NCBI GenBank assembly: GCA_963706595.1
Contig: OY970166.1
Location: forward strand, 3,584,001 to 3,648,000
Length of the DNA stretch: 64,000 nt
Source of the DNA: an uncultured cyanobacterium
GTDB lineage: Bacteria; Cyanobacteriota; Cyanobacteriia; Cyanobacteriales; Nostocaceae
Direction of reading: 5' to 3'
Shown: in pieces, positions 47,875 to 58,065 of the stretch
Layout of the letters: each line of letters begins with the position of its first letter
How positions within the stretch are numbered: position 1 is the first letter of the stretch
The notes under the pieces: model-generated
Told to the model about the DNA's origin: nothing
Database searches by the model: none
Seen by the model: the letters and a program-made list of their open reading frames with translations, nothing else
Program-made: the position numbers and the translations under genes

Positions 47875-48300
47875 CACGGCAACAGCTATTGTCACCGTCC
47901 CTGGTTCTCCCTGTAAGCGAAAAATGTGTTTAGGAACTAATAATCTGATTTCTAGCTCTTGCTTTCTAGTTAAAGATGGGGTGATGTGGGAGACGGCGAG
48001 AATAGCAGCCGCTTCAGCTACGCTGGGAGTTCCCACGGTTTTTCCCGCGATTTTGGCAGGGTTGGGGACAGATACAGTAGACAAAATCTCTGCGGGAAAG
48101 ATTTTTAAGGAAAAATTGCGTAGACAGCAAAGTTCTATTAAACCCACTTCTGAAGCTTTAGTATCGATGGTAGCAAGACCCGCGATCGCATTTTCGTTGA
48201 GTTGATGGTCTTGAAATACTTTTTGTATTGCCGTTAACATCAATTTCCCTGAACTACCCTTTTGACAACCAATTCCTACCCATAAATTTTGTGGCTGCAT
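47842..48300 (-). CDS. Cobalamin biosynthesis CbiG C-terminal (CobE-like) protein
   Basis: LWVGIGCQKG, ATIDTKASE.GL, GTPSVAEAAA, VTIAVA. Confidence 0.85.
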   Translation of the reverse strand: MQPQNLWVGIGCQKGSSGKLMLTAIQKVFQDHQLNENAIAGLATIDTKASEVGLIELCCLRNFSLKIFPAEILSTVSVPNPAKIAGKTVGTPSVAEAAAILAVSHITPSLTRKQELEIRLLVPKHIFRLQGEPGTVTIAVAVLQNNFEKIAN

Positions 48301-48688
48301 AATTCATCCGTCTTTTTCTGAGCTAATAACCTCAAGAATTGCCTAAAAATACCAGCAATATTAGCTTAAATAAACCTTGCATTTGACGAGTCTATTATAA
48401 TACCTGGAAACTGCTCTTTATAATACTGTTAAACCCAATTAAACCTTATATATTTAGCTTATCTAGCACAGTAGGAAACACCAAGGTAGAAACATTTTGC
48501 CTGTTATACCTTAGTGTTTCAATTTTTTCCTTCTCCGGCGCGGCCAGTTTTTCAAAGTTGCGACGGAGTTTTGTGATCTTAATTTTTTAATAAGATATGG
48601 GACTCATATTTGATTTGTGTTTCCCACTCCCCACTCCCCACTCCCCACCTACGCAAGTAAGTTTAATAATCAAAGTGGGTTTCTATAA

Positions 48689-49984
48689 CTATTCCTGTGC
48701 GCCAGCTTTTTGCAGACTTCGCACTATATTCTTATACCCATTAAATTCTGCAATCATCAAAGCAGTATAACCGCCCCGATTTTTCAGATTTATATATGCC
48801 CCAGCTGCGAGTAATATCTGTACACATCCACCATAGCCTCCAGAGACTGCCCACATCAATGCTGTTGCCCCTGCTAAGTCCTGAAAATTCACATTTGCAC
48901 CCTTAGCCAGCAATAACCTGATTATCCCTGGGTAATTGCCTTCTGCGGCTTTAATTAAAGCTGTTTTACTATCATTCCCTAAAGTATTAGCATCAGCACC
49001 GTAATCTAGTAATATTTTTACTGTCTCTATGTGTCCCTGGGATATTGCCAGCATCAGAGGTATACCCAAAGTTGTTCTGTTGATTTTTCCACAAGAACTC
49101 AGCAATATCTCCACGATTTGGCTATATCCCTGCAATGCGGCTACAAGCATTGGTGTATCACCTAGATGATTTGAAATTTGGGGGTCTGCACCTCGGTTAA
49201 TTAACACTTGCACCAAATCCACATAACCTTCGACAGCAGCCAAATGTAGGGCAGTTTCACCATCGTTGTCTTGATGATTAATCTCCGCACTTTGATCTAG
49301 TAAAGCAGATGCGATCGCACTGTGTCCTGTGGCGGCGGCGGCCAATAGCGCAGTAATACCATCTGCATTTTTCAGGTTGACATCAGCCCCAGCTACCAGC
49401 AATGCTTGGACAACGCCCAAATGTCCCAAGTCAGATGCAATCATCAAAAGTGTTTCACCTTCTTCGTCTGGCTGATTGACATTCGTAGTGTTTTGTGATA
49501 ATAATTCGACAACTGCTGTATGACCGGATTTTACAGCCAATTTCAAAGCGCTATCATTATCTTGATCGGTGATATTTACTTCAGCGCCAGCAGCCAGTAA
49601 AACTTGCACTACATCAACATAACCTTTAAGTGCAGCAGCCATTAAAGCTGTGCTGCCATCTTCATTAATGGCATTCACATCAGCACCTCTAGATACCAAA
49701 AGCTTTATAATGTCGAGTTGATTGGTACTAGCAGCCAACATCAAAGCCGTTAAACCATAGCGTTTTCGAGGTAAGTTAATATTTGCCCCGGCATCTAATA
49801 GCGATCGCACAATTTCGGTGTAACCTAAGTTGGCAGCAAACATTAAGGCTGTAGTACCATCGCGATCGCATACGTCAACCTTAGCATCAGCGGCCAGTAG
49901 CGCACACACCCGTTTAATATCGCCACTTTTAGCAGACTTTAGCAGCAAAACATCGTTATTTTCCATGATCAATATTCCCCGCAT
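48689..49984 (-). CDS. Ankyrin repeat protein
   Basis: About 13 divergent G.TALM.AA..G...IV..LL..GA.VN repeats; true start may be the MENN methionine. Confidence 0.95.
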   Translation of the reverse strand: MRGILIMENNDVLLLKSAKSGDIKRVCALLAADAKVDVCDRDGTTALMFAANLGYTEIVRSLLDAGANINLPRKRYGLTALMLAASTNQLDIIKLLVSRGADVNAINEDGSTALMAAALKGYVDVVQVLLAAGAEVNITDQDNDSALKLAVKSGHTAVVELLSQNTTNVNQPDEEGETLLMIASDLGHLGVVQALLVAGADVNLKNADGITALLAAAATGHSAIASALLDQSAEINHQDNDGETALHLAAVEGYVDLVQVLINRGADPQISNHLGDTPMLVAALQGYSQIVEILLSSCGKINRTTLGIPLMLAISQGHIETVKILLDYGADANTLGNDSKTALIKAAEGNYPGIIRLLLAKGANVNFQDLAGATALMWAVSGGYGGCVQILLAAGAYINLKNRGGYTALMIAEFNGYKNIVRSLQKAGAQE

Positions 49985-50055
49985 CAGCAGGTTTTGTGAG
50001 TCTAGTCCCCAAATTTAGTCTGAAATTGTTTAACCACTTTGGCAAGAGGGGAAAT

Positions 50056-50147
50056 TAATTCGTAATTCGTAATTCGTAATTCGTAATGCTCCCTTTCCTG
50101 CGGAACGCTACGCGAACGGGAGAGCTACGCTAACGTAATTCGTAATT
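50056..50147. repeat. (TAATTCG)n array carrying two nested ~21-25 nt small dispersed repeats
   Basis: Minus strand reads GTTAGCGTAGCTCTCCC[GTTCGCGTAGCGTTCCGCAGGA]AAGGGAGC. Confidence 0.65.
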
Positions 50148-50316
50148 AAGAAGGAGGATTTAATCATAAAATACACAGACCTCACCCCCAGCCCCTCTCC
50201 TTACCAAGGAGAGGGGAGACTTTGCTCCCCCACATCTTTCGCTCTTGGCAACTTTAAGCACAGAAATTAGAGTTATGCTAATTTTTATGAAGATTTAAGA
50301 ATTGGGCGAGAACACT

Positions 50317-50787
50317 ATGAATCTGGAACTGTCATCGGAAGTTAAATATTGGCTAAACTTTTTTCACCCAGTCACCATGTGGGGACTATTCGCACTCTCA
50401 TTGTACGCTGCTTACTCAGGGCTACAAGTACAGCGCACCAGAAACGCTCAAGGGGATGAAAAAAAAGAACTGATTAAAGGTAAGTATAACATTAAGCACC
50501 ACCAAATGGGTTCTATACTCTTAGGTTTGATGGTGACAGGTGCTATTGGTGGTATGGCTGTTACCTACATCAATAACGGTAAGTTATTTGTCGGACCGCA
50601 TTTACTAGCTGGACTGGGAATGACTGGTCTGATTGCCTTTTCGGCTTCTTTATCTCCTTTCATGCAAAAAGGAGCAAATTGGGCGCGCGCAACTCATATT
50701 TTGCTAAATTTCGCACTTTTGGGACTGTTTACTTGGCAGGCTATTACTGGGGTGCAAATTGTCCAAAGGATTCTGACTAATGCTTAG
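50317..50787 (+). CDS. DUF4079-like membrane protein
   Basis: FFHPV.MW, HHQMGS, LFVGPHL, ARATHI: His pattern of cytochrome b561-like DUF4079 proteins. Confidence 0.82.
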   Translation: MNLELSSEVKYWLNFFHPVTMWGLFALSLYAAYSGLQVQRTRNAQGDEKKELIKGKYNIKHHQMGSILLGLMVTGAIGGMAVTYINNGKLFVGPHLLAGLGMTGLIAFSASLSPFMQKGANWARATHILLNFALLGLFTWQAITGVQIVQRILTNA

Positions 50788-50837
50788 TCATTAGTTTTTA
50801 GTCATTAGCCATTGACTATTGGCTAATGACTGTTAAT

Positions 50838-51521
50838 TTAGCGCTTTTTCGGGGAATTAGGAAAGGGTATTCCCAGAGATTGATGAAAATCTGCCTGGAC
50901 TTTGCGAGTTAAGCGGCGGGATACTTGACGGACGATTTGATTAAGTAAGCGATCGCCTGTAGATTGAATCAGAGATTGGGGCAATCGTTGAATAAATTTG
51001 GGAAAGTGGAGATTAACTAACAAATCTAATTCCCATTCAATGCGTGTAATCTCACTAAAACCGTGATTCGATGTGTTCTGGACATTTTCTACCAACTGTA
51101 GCGATGCCTGATAGTCTACATCATAGCCAGGCGGATGGTAGTCAGGAACAGGGATTGTCCGAATCCGGTATATTCCTTGGTCTGGAGGTAAAAGTTCTAG
51201 ACCAATTTTTGGCTCTACGTCATAACCAAAAGAGCCAAAGCGACCGATAATTACAGCATAACCATTTTCAGCCAAGGGTTGTACTTTCATTGGTTCAGCA
51301 CAGCGCGAAAACCAGGAGGCGTGAGTTTCCAGATACTCTGCAACTGTCTCGGCTGGGGCATACATTTCCATTGAGTCGCTATAATGACCGCAAAACTTGG
51401 AGAATGACCCAAAGGTTGTTTCTGTATCAGTGTCTTCAGATTCTGTTAAACTTGACGCTACGGGCAAAACTGTTTCTTTTATATCCCAAGATTGATGTTC
51501 GCCGTTTTTTGAAAGCATCAA
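50838..51521 (-). CDS. DUF1997 family protein
   Basis: WFSRCAEPMKV, GRFGSFGYDVEP, P.FI..LP..LIQSTGDRLL. Confidence 0.82.
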   Translation of the reverse strand: MMLSKNGEHQSWDIKETVLPVASSLTESEDTDTETTFGSFSKFCGHYSDSMEMYAPAETVAEYLETHASWFSRCAEPMKVQPLAENGYAVIIGRFGSFGYDVEPKIGLELLPPDQGIYRIRTIPVPDYHPPGYDVDYQASLQLVENVQNTSNHGFSEITRIEWELDLLVNLHFPKFIQRLPQSLIQSTGDRLLNQIVRQVSRRLTRKVQADFHQSLGIPFPNSPKKR

Positions 51522-51699
51522 TGTGTTCCCCTATAAATTGGCTTTTGTCTATAAATTAAGAGTTCCCAACTTGCTGGTGTAGTTTACCAGTGGACTTATA
51601 TTTTTGTTGAAACCTCACAAATCTGTCTTCAACTTCATCAAATCACTAAAATTAAAGAACTAAATCATTACATATTAGTTTCCCAGGATAGTTTTTTTT

Positions 51700-52488
51700 G
51701 TGAAAATCGCTGATTTAATTACTTGGTTTGAAGCATGGGCAAATCCGGCTTGGTGTGAAAAATGGGATAATTGCGGTTGGCAAATTCAACCGGGTGTGTT
51801 AAAGGAAAAGGCGCGGGTTTTGGTTTGTTTGACACCGACTTTAGCTGTGATGCACGAAGCGATCGCTCTCAATGCTAATCTAATTTTTGCTCATCATCCA
51901 CTGATTTTTAATTCTCTTAAGTCATTATGTACTGGTGAAGCGATCGCCGAAATGGCAAGATTAGCTTTTACCCACAATATTGGCATTTACAGCGCCCACA
52001 CCAATTTTGATCAAGTACAGGATGGTACGGCTGACGTTTTAGCTCAAATTTTAGATTTGCACTCAACCACTCCCATCGTACCCACACAAGCAGGATTGGG
52101 CTATGGGCGTGTTGGTTTATTAAAGCCATTTCTGACTTTAGAAGAATTACTCGCGACCATTCAAACCCGACTCGCTGTACCTAATTTGATTTTTTCCCCC
52201 ACTGCTGACTTACAGCAGAAGATTTCACGAGTGGCTGTGTTAGGCGGTTCAGGCGCTAGTTATATTTCGGAAGTAGTCAAAACTGATGCTCAAGTTTATT
52301 TAACTTCTGATTGTAAATTCCATCAGTTTCAGGAAAGCCGCGATCGCAATTTGATTTTAATTGATGCAGGACACTATGCCACGGAACGCCCGGCTTGCGA
52401 TCGCTTAGTACAAAAATTTATAGCTTTAAACCTCGACTGGGTAAAATTGAGTCACAAAGATGAAGACTTCCGCCAATTTATTCTGTAA
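51700..52488 (+). CDS. Nif3-like dinuclear metal centre protein (YbgI family)
   Basis: WDNCG, HHPLIF, YSAHTNFD, GGSG, DAGHYATE. Confidence 0.95.
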   Translation: MKIADLITWFEAWANPAWCEKWDNCGWQIQPGVLKEKARVLVCLTPTLAVMHEAIALNANLIFAHHPLIFNSLKSLCTGEAIAEMARLAFTHNIGIYSAHTNFDQVQDGTADVLAQILDLHSTTPIVPTQAGLGYGRVGLLKPFLTLEELLATIQTRLAVPNLIFSPTADLQQKISRVAVLGGSGASYISEVVKTDAQVYLTSDCKFHQFQESRDRNLILIDAGHYATERPACDRLVQKFIALNLDWVKLSHKDEDFRQFIL

Positions 52489-52820
52489 CACCACCGTCAA
52501 AAGAAGCAGGGGAGCAGGGAGCAAGGGAGCAAGGGAGAAGACAAAAGACAGAGCTTAATACGTAAGCGTTCAGCATTTTTGAACGCATTACATAACCAAA
52601 TTTAGAGTGATCAAGTAACCCACATAGTTTAACTTTTTGATCAGCCGATAAATTTTCTCACATTTTCCCACCCAACCATCACCTTTTTTGAGCATTCTGT
52701 GATTTCAATCACAAAAATAAGTGATCACAATCACCTATTATCACTGTTTTATATCAATCAATAAAAGGAATAAATGTTCCACAATAGAATTAACAAAATT
52801 CTCACCGTACCCTAATCAAC

Positions 52821-53036
52821 ATGATTCGCACACTCGTTGAATCTGCCTTCCAAACTGGATATCTTAGTGTCGAATCTGAGGGTTTACTCCATCAAGTATT
52901 AGCCAGTAAGTGCTATAGTTCAGAGGATTTGGCAGTTCTTTCAGCTTTATATGACGCAGTTAACACAGGTAAAATTAAAAGAGAAGCATCCTCACAACTG
53001 CCGATAGAATTTCTCGGACAATCTAAAATTAAGTAA
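52821..53036 (+). CDS. Small hypothetical protein (71 aa)
   Basis: ATG ORF MIRTLVE.A..TGYLS.E.E..L, resembling small conserved cyanobacterial helical proteins. Confidence 0.75.
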   Translation: MIRTLVESAFQTGYLSVESEGLLHQVLASKCYSSEDLAVLSALYDAVNTGKIKREASSQLPIEFLGQSKIK

Positions 53037-53572
53037 TTCTGCCCCTAGATTGTAGTCGCAAATTCCTGGTTTACGCACACTCACCTTCAAGTTTTCAGTG
53101 CGTCAACTCAAAACTCTTTGCCGATTGTGAGAGAAAAGCATTAAGGTTGGTCAGAGAATGAGTTAAGATCAAATACATAGGGATAAAAATAAAGCAGAGT
53201 TCCCGGACTTTCCAGCAATGCCAATGACTACAACTAAGCAAATTAAACAACCGCAATCAAAGCTTGATTTGTGGTGTTTTTTATTACATAGTTACAGAAA
53301 TACTGCTGAGGAGAATTACTGTATTGTGTGACTTCTCAAAGGTAGAGATTCGTTGAAGACCTGAAGGAGATTTTGTTACCCTTGTGCAGTAGCTGTGAGT
53401 CTGTGACTTCAAATTTCTCTAGATTTTAGCAAAAATAAGCAAGTCTATGGGTAGAATCATAAGATACAGTGATGCCTAACTGCGGAACTGATTTCTTAAA
53501 GGTGTATCTAAATGGGGTAAAACCCAAACTTTACAGGTTTAACTACGTTGTTTAAAAAGGTAGAAGCAGTAT

Positions 53573-53884
53573 ATGCTACACCGCAAGATTTATCAACTGT
53601 GTTGCGACGGGCGCGAGGTATGTGTATTCTTGCGGGACCAGCAACGCTGGATTGAACGCGCCCGCATCCTCGACATAGAGGGGGACTTAGTGACTCTACG
53701 CTATGAAACAGACGAGGAAGACGAAGTTTGTGCCTGGGAGGAAATGGTGCGTCTGGAAAGCATTGGCTCTGTAACCCAAAAGTTAGCCTCAGTGCCACGC
53801 GGTAATGCCGAATTTCTGATGACGGAAGATTGTCCAGAATCAGAGCGTATCCACAACAATTCTCCCGATTCTAATCCTGAGTAG
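53573..53884 (+). CDS. Conserved cyanobacterial protein (DUF6679-like)
   Basis: MLHRKIYQLC..GREV..FLRDQQRWIE...WEEMVRLESIG. Confidence 0.8.
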   Translation: MLHRKIYQLCCDGREVCVFLRDQQRWIERARILDIEGDLVTLRYETDEEDEVCAWEEMVRLESIGSVTQKLASVPRGNAEFLMTEDCPESERIHNNSPDSNPE

Positions 53885-53901
53885 AGACTCAATTAACCCC
53901 A

Positions 53902-54090
53902 GTAGAGACGCGATTTATCGCGTCTTTACCAAAGATATCGCGTCTTTACCAAAGATATCGCGTCTTTACCAAAGATATCGCGTCTTTACCAAAGATATCG
54001 CGTCTTTACCAAAGATATCGCGTCTTTACCAAAGATATCGCGTCTTTACCAAAGATATCGCGTCTTTACCCAAGATATCGCGTCTTTACA
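53902..54090. repeat. Tandem array of 20-bp unit ATCGCGTCTTTACCAAAGAT (8 full copies plus a partial), starting from a palindrome
   Basis: Units start at 53917 with 20-bp period and no spacers; preceded by AGACGCGAT-TT-ATCGCGTCT. Confidence 0.95.
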
Positions 54091-54100
54091 CCAGAGGTAT

Positions 54101-55759
54101 TTAAATTGGGTTTTCATGATTGGATAAGCGTTCAAAAGCCGGACAGTAACCTTCGAGAGTCACTTTGAAGTTATATAACGGCGAAGCGGGATTCCAACAC
54201 CGTTGTCCTCTTTGGTATCGGCAACTACCACAACAGTCTATATCAGACCCGGTATAGCGATCGCCATTTTGGTGCAGCAGTTCTCTGGGAGACAATCCCC
54301 GCAATACTAATTCTTCACCCTGCCAACGAGCTTCAACTAAACCAGTATCGGCAAACTGTCGCCACCGTGGGTCATGTGTAATGGCATCAGGTAAAGTGAC
54401 TGTGATCACTGTTCCTAACTCTGTGAGTTCGCCTTCATAATTTGTTTCTGGCGGTGCTGGTTGTAAAAATGTCTCGCCAATTGGCAACTCTACTAAAGTG
54501 CCAGCAGCTGGAGAATGTACATGATAACGGTTCTGTAATTCTTCTAAGCTCGTCAAATCTGCTAAGTATGCCGGGGAACCGTGGACAAAAACGACGTGCT
54601 GGGGACGCAAATTATGAATGAGCTGAGTGGTTCCTGGTCCGTCACTATGCTGGGCGAGAAGATAACTTTCGTCTGTAGTAGTTGCTGAATATTTGGGATT
54701 AACTTTTATATCAATTTTTTCTGGTAACAGAATCACCCAAGGGCCTGTTTCCTTTTGGCAGTATTGGTTTAAATCAGCTGTGGAGTCTGTCAGCACAATA
54801 CAGGGAGACTTGCCCACTGTAGCCCGATGTTCTGGCTGCAAACGCCGCACTCGCGGACGCACTCGCTCATCCCAAAACAAAGGTTGATGGCGGGCGAAGT
54901 TCTGCACTGATGGCGGTAGGTGGGGCAGTAATTCCAGGTAAGCATCACAACCAATAGCCACAGCACCATCAACCCAGATATCTAAATCTCGTCCGGTGAA
55001 GTGGTGGTGAGAACGTAATAGCATTAACAATTCTTGCCCCAAACCTAATGCGGGTGTGGGCAGTAGTACAGAACAACGGTCTGCGATCGCGCGATTAATC
55101 CGTTCCGCTAGTTGATTTTCTTGGTTGCGGCGGTGGGGATGGCGTGATGTGCCGTAAGTACCTTCAATAATCAGTACATTTAACTCTAACCCTCGCAACT
55201 CTTCTAAACGCAAACCTTCGACGAGGCGGGAGTTAGATAAAAAGAAATCCCCTGTATACAGCAGCTTGTAAGAACGTGCTTCTGTAGTATATGTGAGTAA
55301 AATTGCTACCGCCCCTGGTAAGTGTCCGGCGGGAAATAATTCTACCACCAAACCTTCTAATATTTCTATAGGCGATCGCAACGGCAAAGCATGACAAAGC
55401 TGAGGAATTTCCTGGGGGTCAAGGTCAAGCCAATTCAGAGGTAGTAACTTACTCGTGACTTCGCTGGCATAAATAGGTAACAGAGGGAACGCCTGATGTA
55501 GTTCTAGCAATCCTCTAGCGTGATCTGGGTGGGCGTGACTAACCAAAACCACATCTGCCGGCATTGGGAACTGAGCTAACGAGGTCAGCAATGATGAAGT
55601 GTCCCTCAATCCGCAATCTAGGAGAATCCGGTGTGGTCCCATTCGGACTAATAAACACACACCCTCATCATGATGCTGGACACTATAGGGCAGACAATTT
55701 AATTGACTCACTACATCCTCAGCATCAACGCCAGAGGATGCTGACAGATTATCCCTCAT
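54101..55759 (-). CDS. MBL-fold metallo-hydrolase, beta-CASP-like RNA-processing family
   Basis: LLDCG, SHAHPDH, AGHLPGA, YTGDF, EGTYG, HSD, VHG; C-terminal C..C....C...C cluster; GGGAG-rich RBS before ATG 55759. Confidence 0.9.
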   Translation of the reverse strand: MRDNLSASSGVDAEDVVSQLNCLPYSVQHHDEGVCLLVRMGPHRILLDCGLRDTSSLLTSLAQFPMPADVVLVSHAHPDHARGLLELHQAFPLLPIYASEVTSKLLPLNWLDLDPQEIPQLCHALPLRSPIEILEGLVVELFPAGHLPGAVAILLTYTTEARSYKLLYTGDFFLSNSRLVEGLRLEELRGLELNVLIIEGTYGTSRHPHRRNQENQLAERINRAIADRCSVLLPTPALGLGQELLMLLRSHHHFTGRDLDIWVDGAVAIGCDAYLELLPHLPPSVQNFARHQPLFWDERVRPRVRRLQPEHRATVGKSPCIVLTDSTADLNQYCQKETGPWVILLPEKIDIKVNPKYSATTTDESYLLAQHSDGPGTTQLIHNLRPQHVVFVHGSPAYLADLTSLEELQNRYHVHSPAAGTLVELPIGETFLQPAPPETNYEGELTELGTVITVTLPDAITHDPRWRQFADTGLVEARWQGEELVLRGLSPRELLHQNGDRYTGSDIDCCGSCRYQRGQRCWNPASPLYNFKVTLEGYCPAFERLSNHENPI

Positions 55760-55997
55760 GCTTTCCTCCCCTTTAACCTGAATCATGATCGAAATGCCTC
55801 AAAAGCCAAGAATTATGCTAAATCTTGGTTTTTTGACTGAGGGGCAAACTTCATTTTGCGCCCCTACACCCTGATAAAGCAAATTTTTGATTGGGGAGGA
55901 CGCTGACACCAAACTCAAGCCAGTGGGGAAAATTTGGTTAACAAGAAACTCTCATCTTTGGCTTGAGAGGAGTTTGCTTCTTGCCGATTTCGTCTTT

Positions 55998-56120
55998 TTA
56001 ATGTGCAGATCCGTTACCGTGATAGTTTTCGGAATCATAAAATCCATTTTTCGTGCCAAAGAACAGGCACGCAACAGTGAATAGAACTGTTAATCCCACT
56101 AAAATCAGCTTTACATCCAT
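55998..56120 (-). CDS. ndhP: NDH-1L complex subunit NdhP (40 aa), not in ORF track
   Basis: Manual translation MDVKLILVGLTVLFTVACLFFGTKNGFYDSENYHGNGSAH matches the NdhP signature; GAGG RBS upstream. Confidence 0.93.
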   Translation of the reverse strand: MDVKLILVGLTVLFTVACLFFGTKNGFYDSENYHGNGSAH

Positions 56121-56417
56121 TTGTTTGCTGTTCCTCGCTCAAGACCTTCTTATAGTAATAGAATGCTGCCGAAATCCGGATGAATTAGCAGAAAATCTTT
56201 ACTATGGTTGGGCTGATTGAGCAATAGGTAAATTTACTACAATCAGTCAAATTGTATAACTTTTCTGTTAACCTGTCCATCCAGATCATCGGTCTGGAAC
56301 CAAGGCGAAATAAATCTTAAAAGAGGAAAAATATTTTCTAGTTTTAATTCTCAGTTGGTTTCATAAAAATGTATTTATACTGTAAATATTAACACATAAA
56401 ACTACATAAATGCTGGA

Positions 56418-57383
56418 ATGAAGCATCACATTTTAAAAGCTACGAGAGAAACTGTACATCTGGGTGGTTTCTCGGATCTACTTAAACCAGTACTCACAAT
56501 TAATTCTGGGGATACCATAGACGTGGAAACTTACACTGGTTATTACGTTTACGACAAAGCACCACCGGAGTTTCTCACACCAGAATTACTGGACATCTGC
56601 CAAAATCTCGCGTCAGAACGTAAAGTTGCGGGAGGGCCACATTTGCTCACGGGGCCAATTTATGTGCGAGATGCCGAAGCAGGTGACGTTTTGGAGGTAG
56701 AATTACAAGCGATCGCACCGAGTTTACCAGTTGGCTTTAATGCCATTCGTACAGGCTGGGGAGCTTTACCACAGCAATTTACTCAACCAATTCTGAGATT
56801 TATTCCCCTAGATTTAACTAACAATATCGCCGAATTTCCGGCTCATAGTGGCATCAAAATTCCCCTCAGACCCTTTTTTGGTATCCTGGGTGTCGCCACC
56901 CCAGAAAATTCCCGAACCTCAATTCCACCGGGTAGCTATGGTGGTAACATTGACAACCGTGAACTCCAAGCAGGTTCGCGGATATTCTTACCTGTTTTTG
57001 TTCCAGGTGGATTATTTTCTCTGGGTGATGGACATTCAGCCCAGGGAGATGGGGAAGTTAATGTCACCGCCATTGAAACTTCCATGAATGGTAGAATCAA
57101 ACTCACTCTTCGCAAGGATTTACAACTGACAACACCGATAGCTGAAACACCGACAGATATTATTACAATGGGTTTTGCTCCCACTTTAGATACAGCCTTA
57201 GAACTGGCTTTAAAAAACATGATTGCTCTGCTGGAACGTTTCACCAATTTGTCGGCGGAAGAGGCTTATGTCTTGTGTAGTTTAGCTGTAAATTTTCACA
57301 TTACTCAAGTTGTTAATAGTCCCCAAAAAGGTGTTCATGGTATGCTACCCAAGTCTATACTCGCAGAGCAAATATGTTTATAA
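56418..57383 (+). CDS. Acetamidase/formamidase family protein
   Basis: HLLTGPIYV..AE.GD, PF.G.LGV, GGNID, GDGHSAQGDGEV..TAIE, AYVLCS. Confidence 0.93.
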   Translation: MKHHILKATRETVHLGGFSDLLKPVLTINSGDTIDVETYTGYYVYDKAPPEFLTPELLDICQNLASERKVAGGPHLLTGPIYVRDAEAGDVLEVELQAIAPSLPVGFNAIRTGWGALPQQFTQPILRFIPLDLTNNIAEFPAHSGIKIPLRPFFGILGVATPENSRTSIPPGSYGGNIDNRELQAGSRIFLPVFVPGGLFSLGDGHSAQGDGEVNVTAIETSMNGRIKLTLRKDLQLTTPIAETPTDIITMGFAPTLDTALELALKNMIALLERFTNLSAEEAYVLCSLAVNFHITQVVNSPQKGVHGMLPKSILAEQICL

Positions 57384-57405
57384 ATATCAATAAATAAATA
57401 TAAAT

Positions 57406-57771
57406 ATGCCTAATATAGTTATTCAAATGTTGAGCATTGGCTTGGTTGCTGGCTTGACTGGTGGGATGTTTGGCTTGGGTGGTGGTGCAATTATGGTCCC
57501 AGCAATGGTGTTGTTAGTTGGTTTAGATCAGAAATTTGCCACTGGTACTTCTATTGCCGCTCAAATTTTACCAATTGGTATTTTAGGCGCAGTAGTATAC
57601 TATCGTAACGGCAACATAAATATTAAATATGCGGCCATTATCGCTGTTGGTCTAATAATTGGTAATTTATTCGGAGCGTTATTTGCTAATCAGCCATTTA
57701 TCAGCAGTGAAATGATCAAGAAGTTGTATGGCATTTTTTTGTTACTCCTGGGTTTACGGTATTTAATTTGA
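57406..57771 (+). CDS. TauE/SafE family membrane protein (half-size)
   Basis: GLVAG..GGMFGLGGGAIMVP, A.GTS, G..FGA. Confidence 0.88.
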   Translation: MPNIVIQMLSIGLVAGLTGGMFGLGGGAIMVPAMVLLVGLDQKFATGTSIAAQILPIGILGAVVYYRNGNINIKYAAIIAVGLIIGNLFGALFANQPFISSEMIKKLYGIFLLLLGLRYLI

Positions 57772-57775
57772 TGTT

Positions 57776-57986
57776 AGGGAGTGGGGAGTGGGGAGTGGGG
57801 AGTGGGGATAAATAATAATTCCTGATATCATCTTCGCCTAATTAGTTATAATTCCCACCTCTGTGCAAAAAACGTAAAATCTTCTTTCCCCCTGCTCCCC
57901 TGCTCCCTGCTCCCCTGCTCCCCTGCTCCCCTGCTCCCCTGCTCCCCTGCTCCCTGCTCCCCTGCTCCCTGCTCCCTGCTCCCCTG
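57776..57986. repeat. Heptamer tandem repeats (GGGGAGT)n and (CCCCTGCT/CCCTGCT)n
   Basis: Direct reading; lies between convergent genes. Confidence 0.85.
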
Positions 57987-58065
57987 CGGCCTTAATGATA
58001 AGTCTTTCACCGAACACGATATGACTCGGCACTTTCTTGTACAGACGCGATTTATCGCGTCTCAG

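Noticed and set aside
48301..48688. Cobalamin riboswitch upstream of the CbiG-like gene
   Set aside because: I could not find the conserved GGGAA, GCCACTG and B12-box elements on the minus strand.
53917..54090. Possible CRISPR array
   Set aside because: Units abut with no unique spacers and there are no cas genes; it is a minisatellite.
55887..56084. 65-aa plus-strand ORF
   Set aside because: Antisense shadow of ndhP.
56220..56400. NtcA site upstream of the formamidase gene
   Set aside because: Only imperfect matches (GTA-N7-TAC, GTA-N8-CAC); not supportable.
57838..58032. 64-aa ORF with GAGEQGSR repeats
   Set aside because: Translation of the heptamer/octamer repeat tract.
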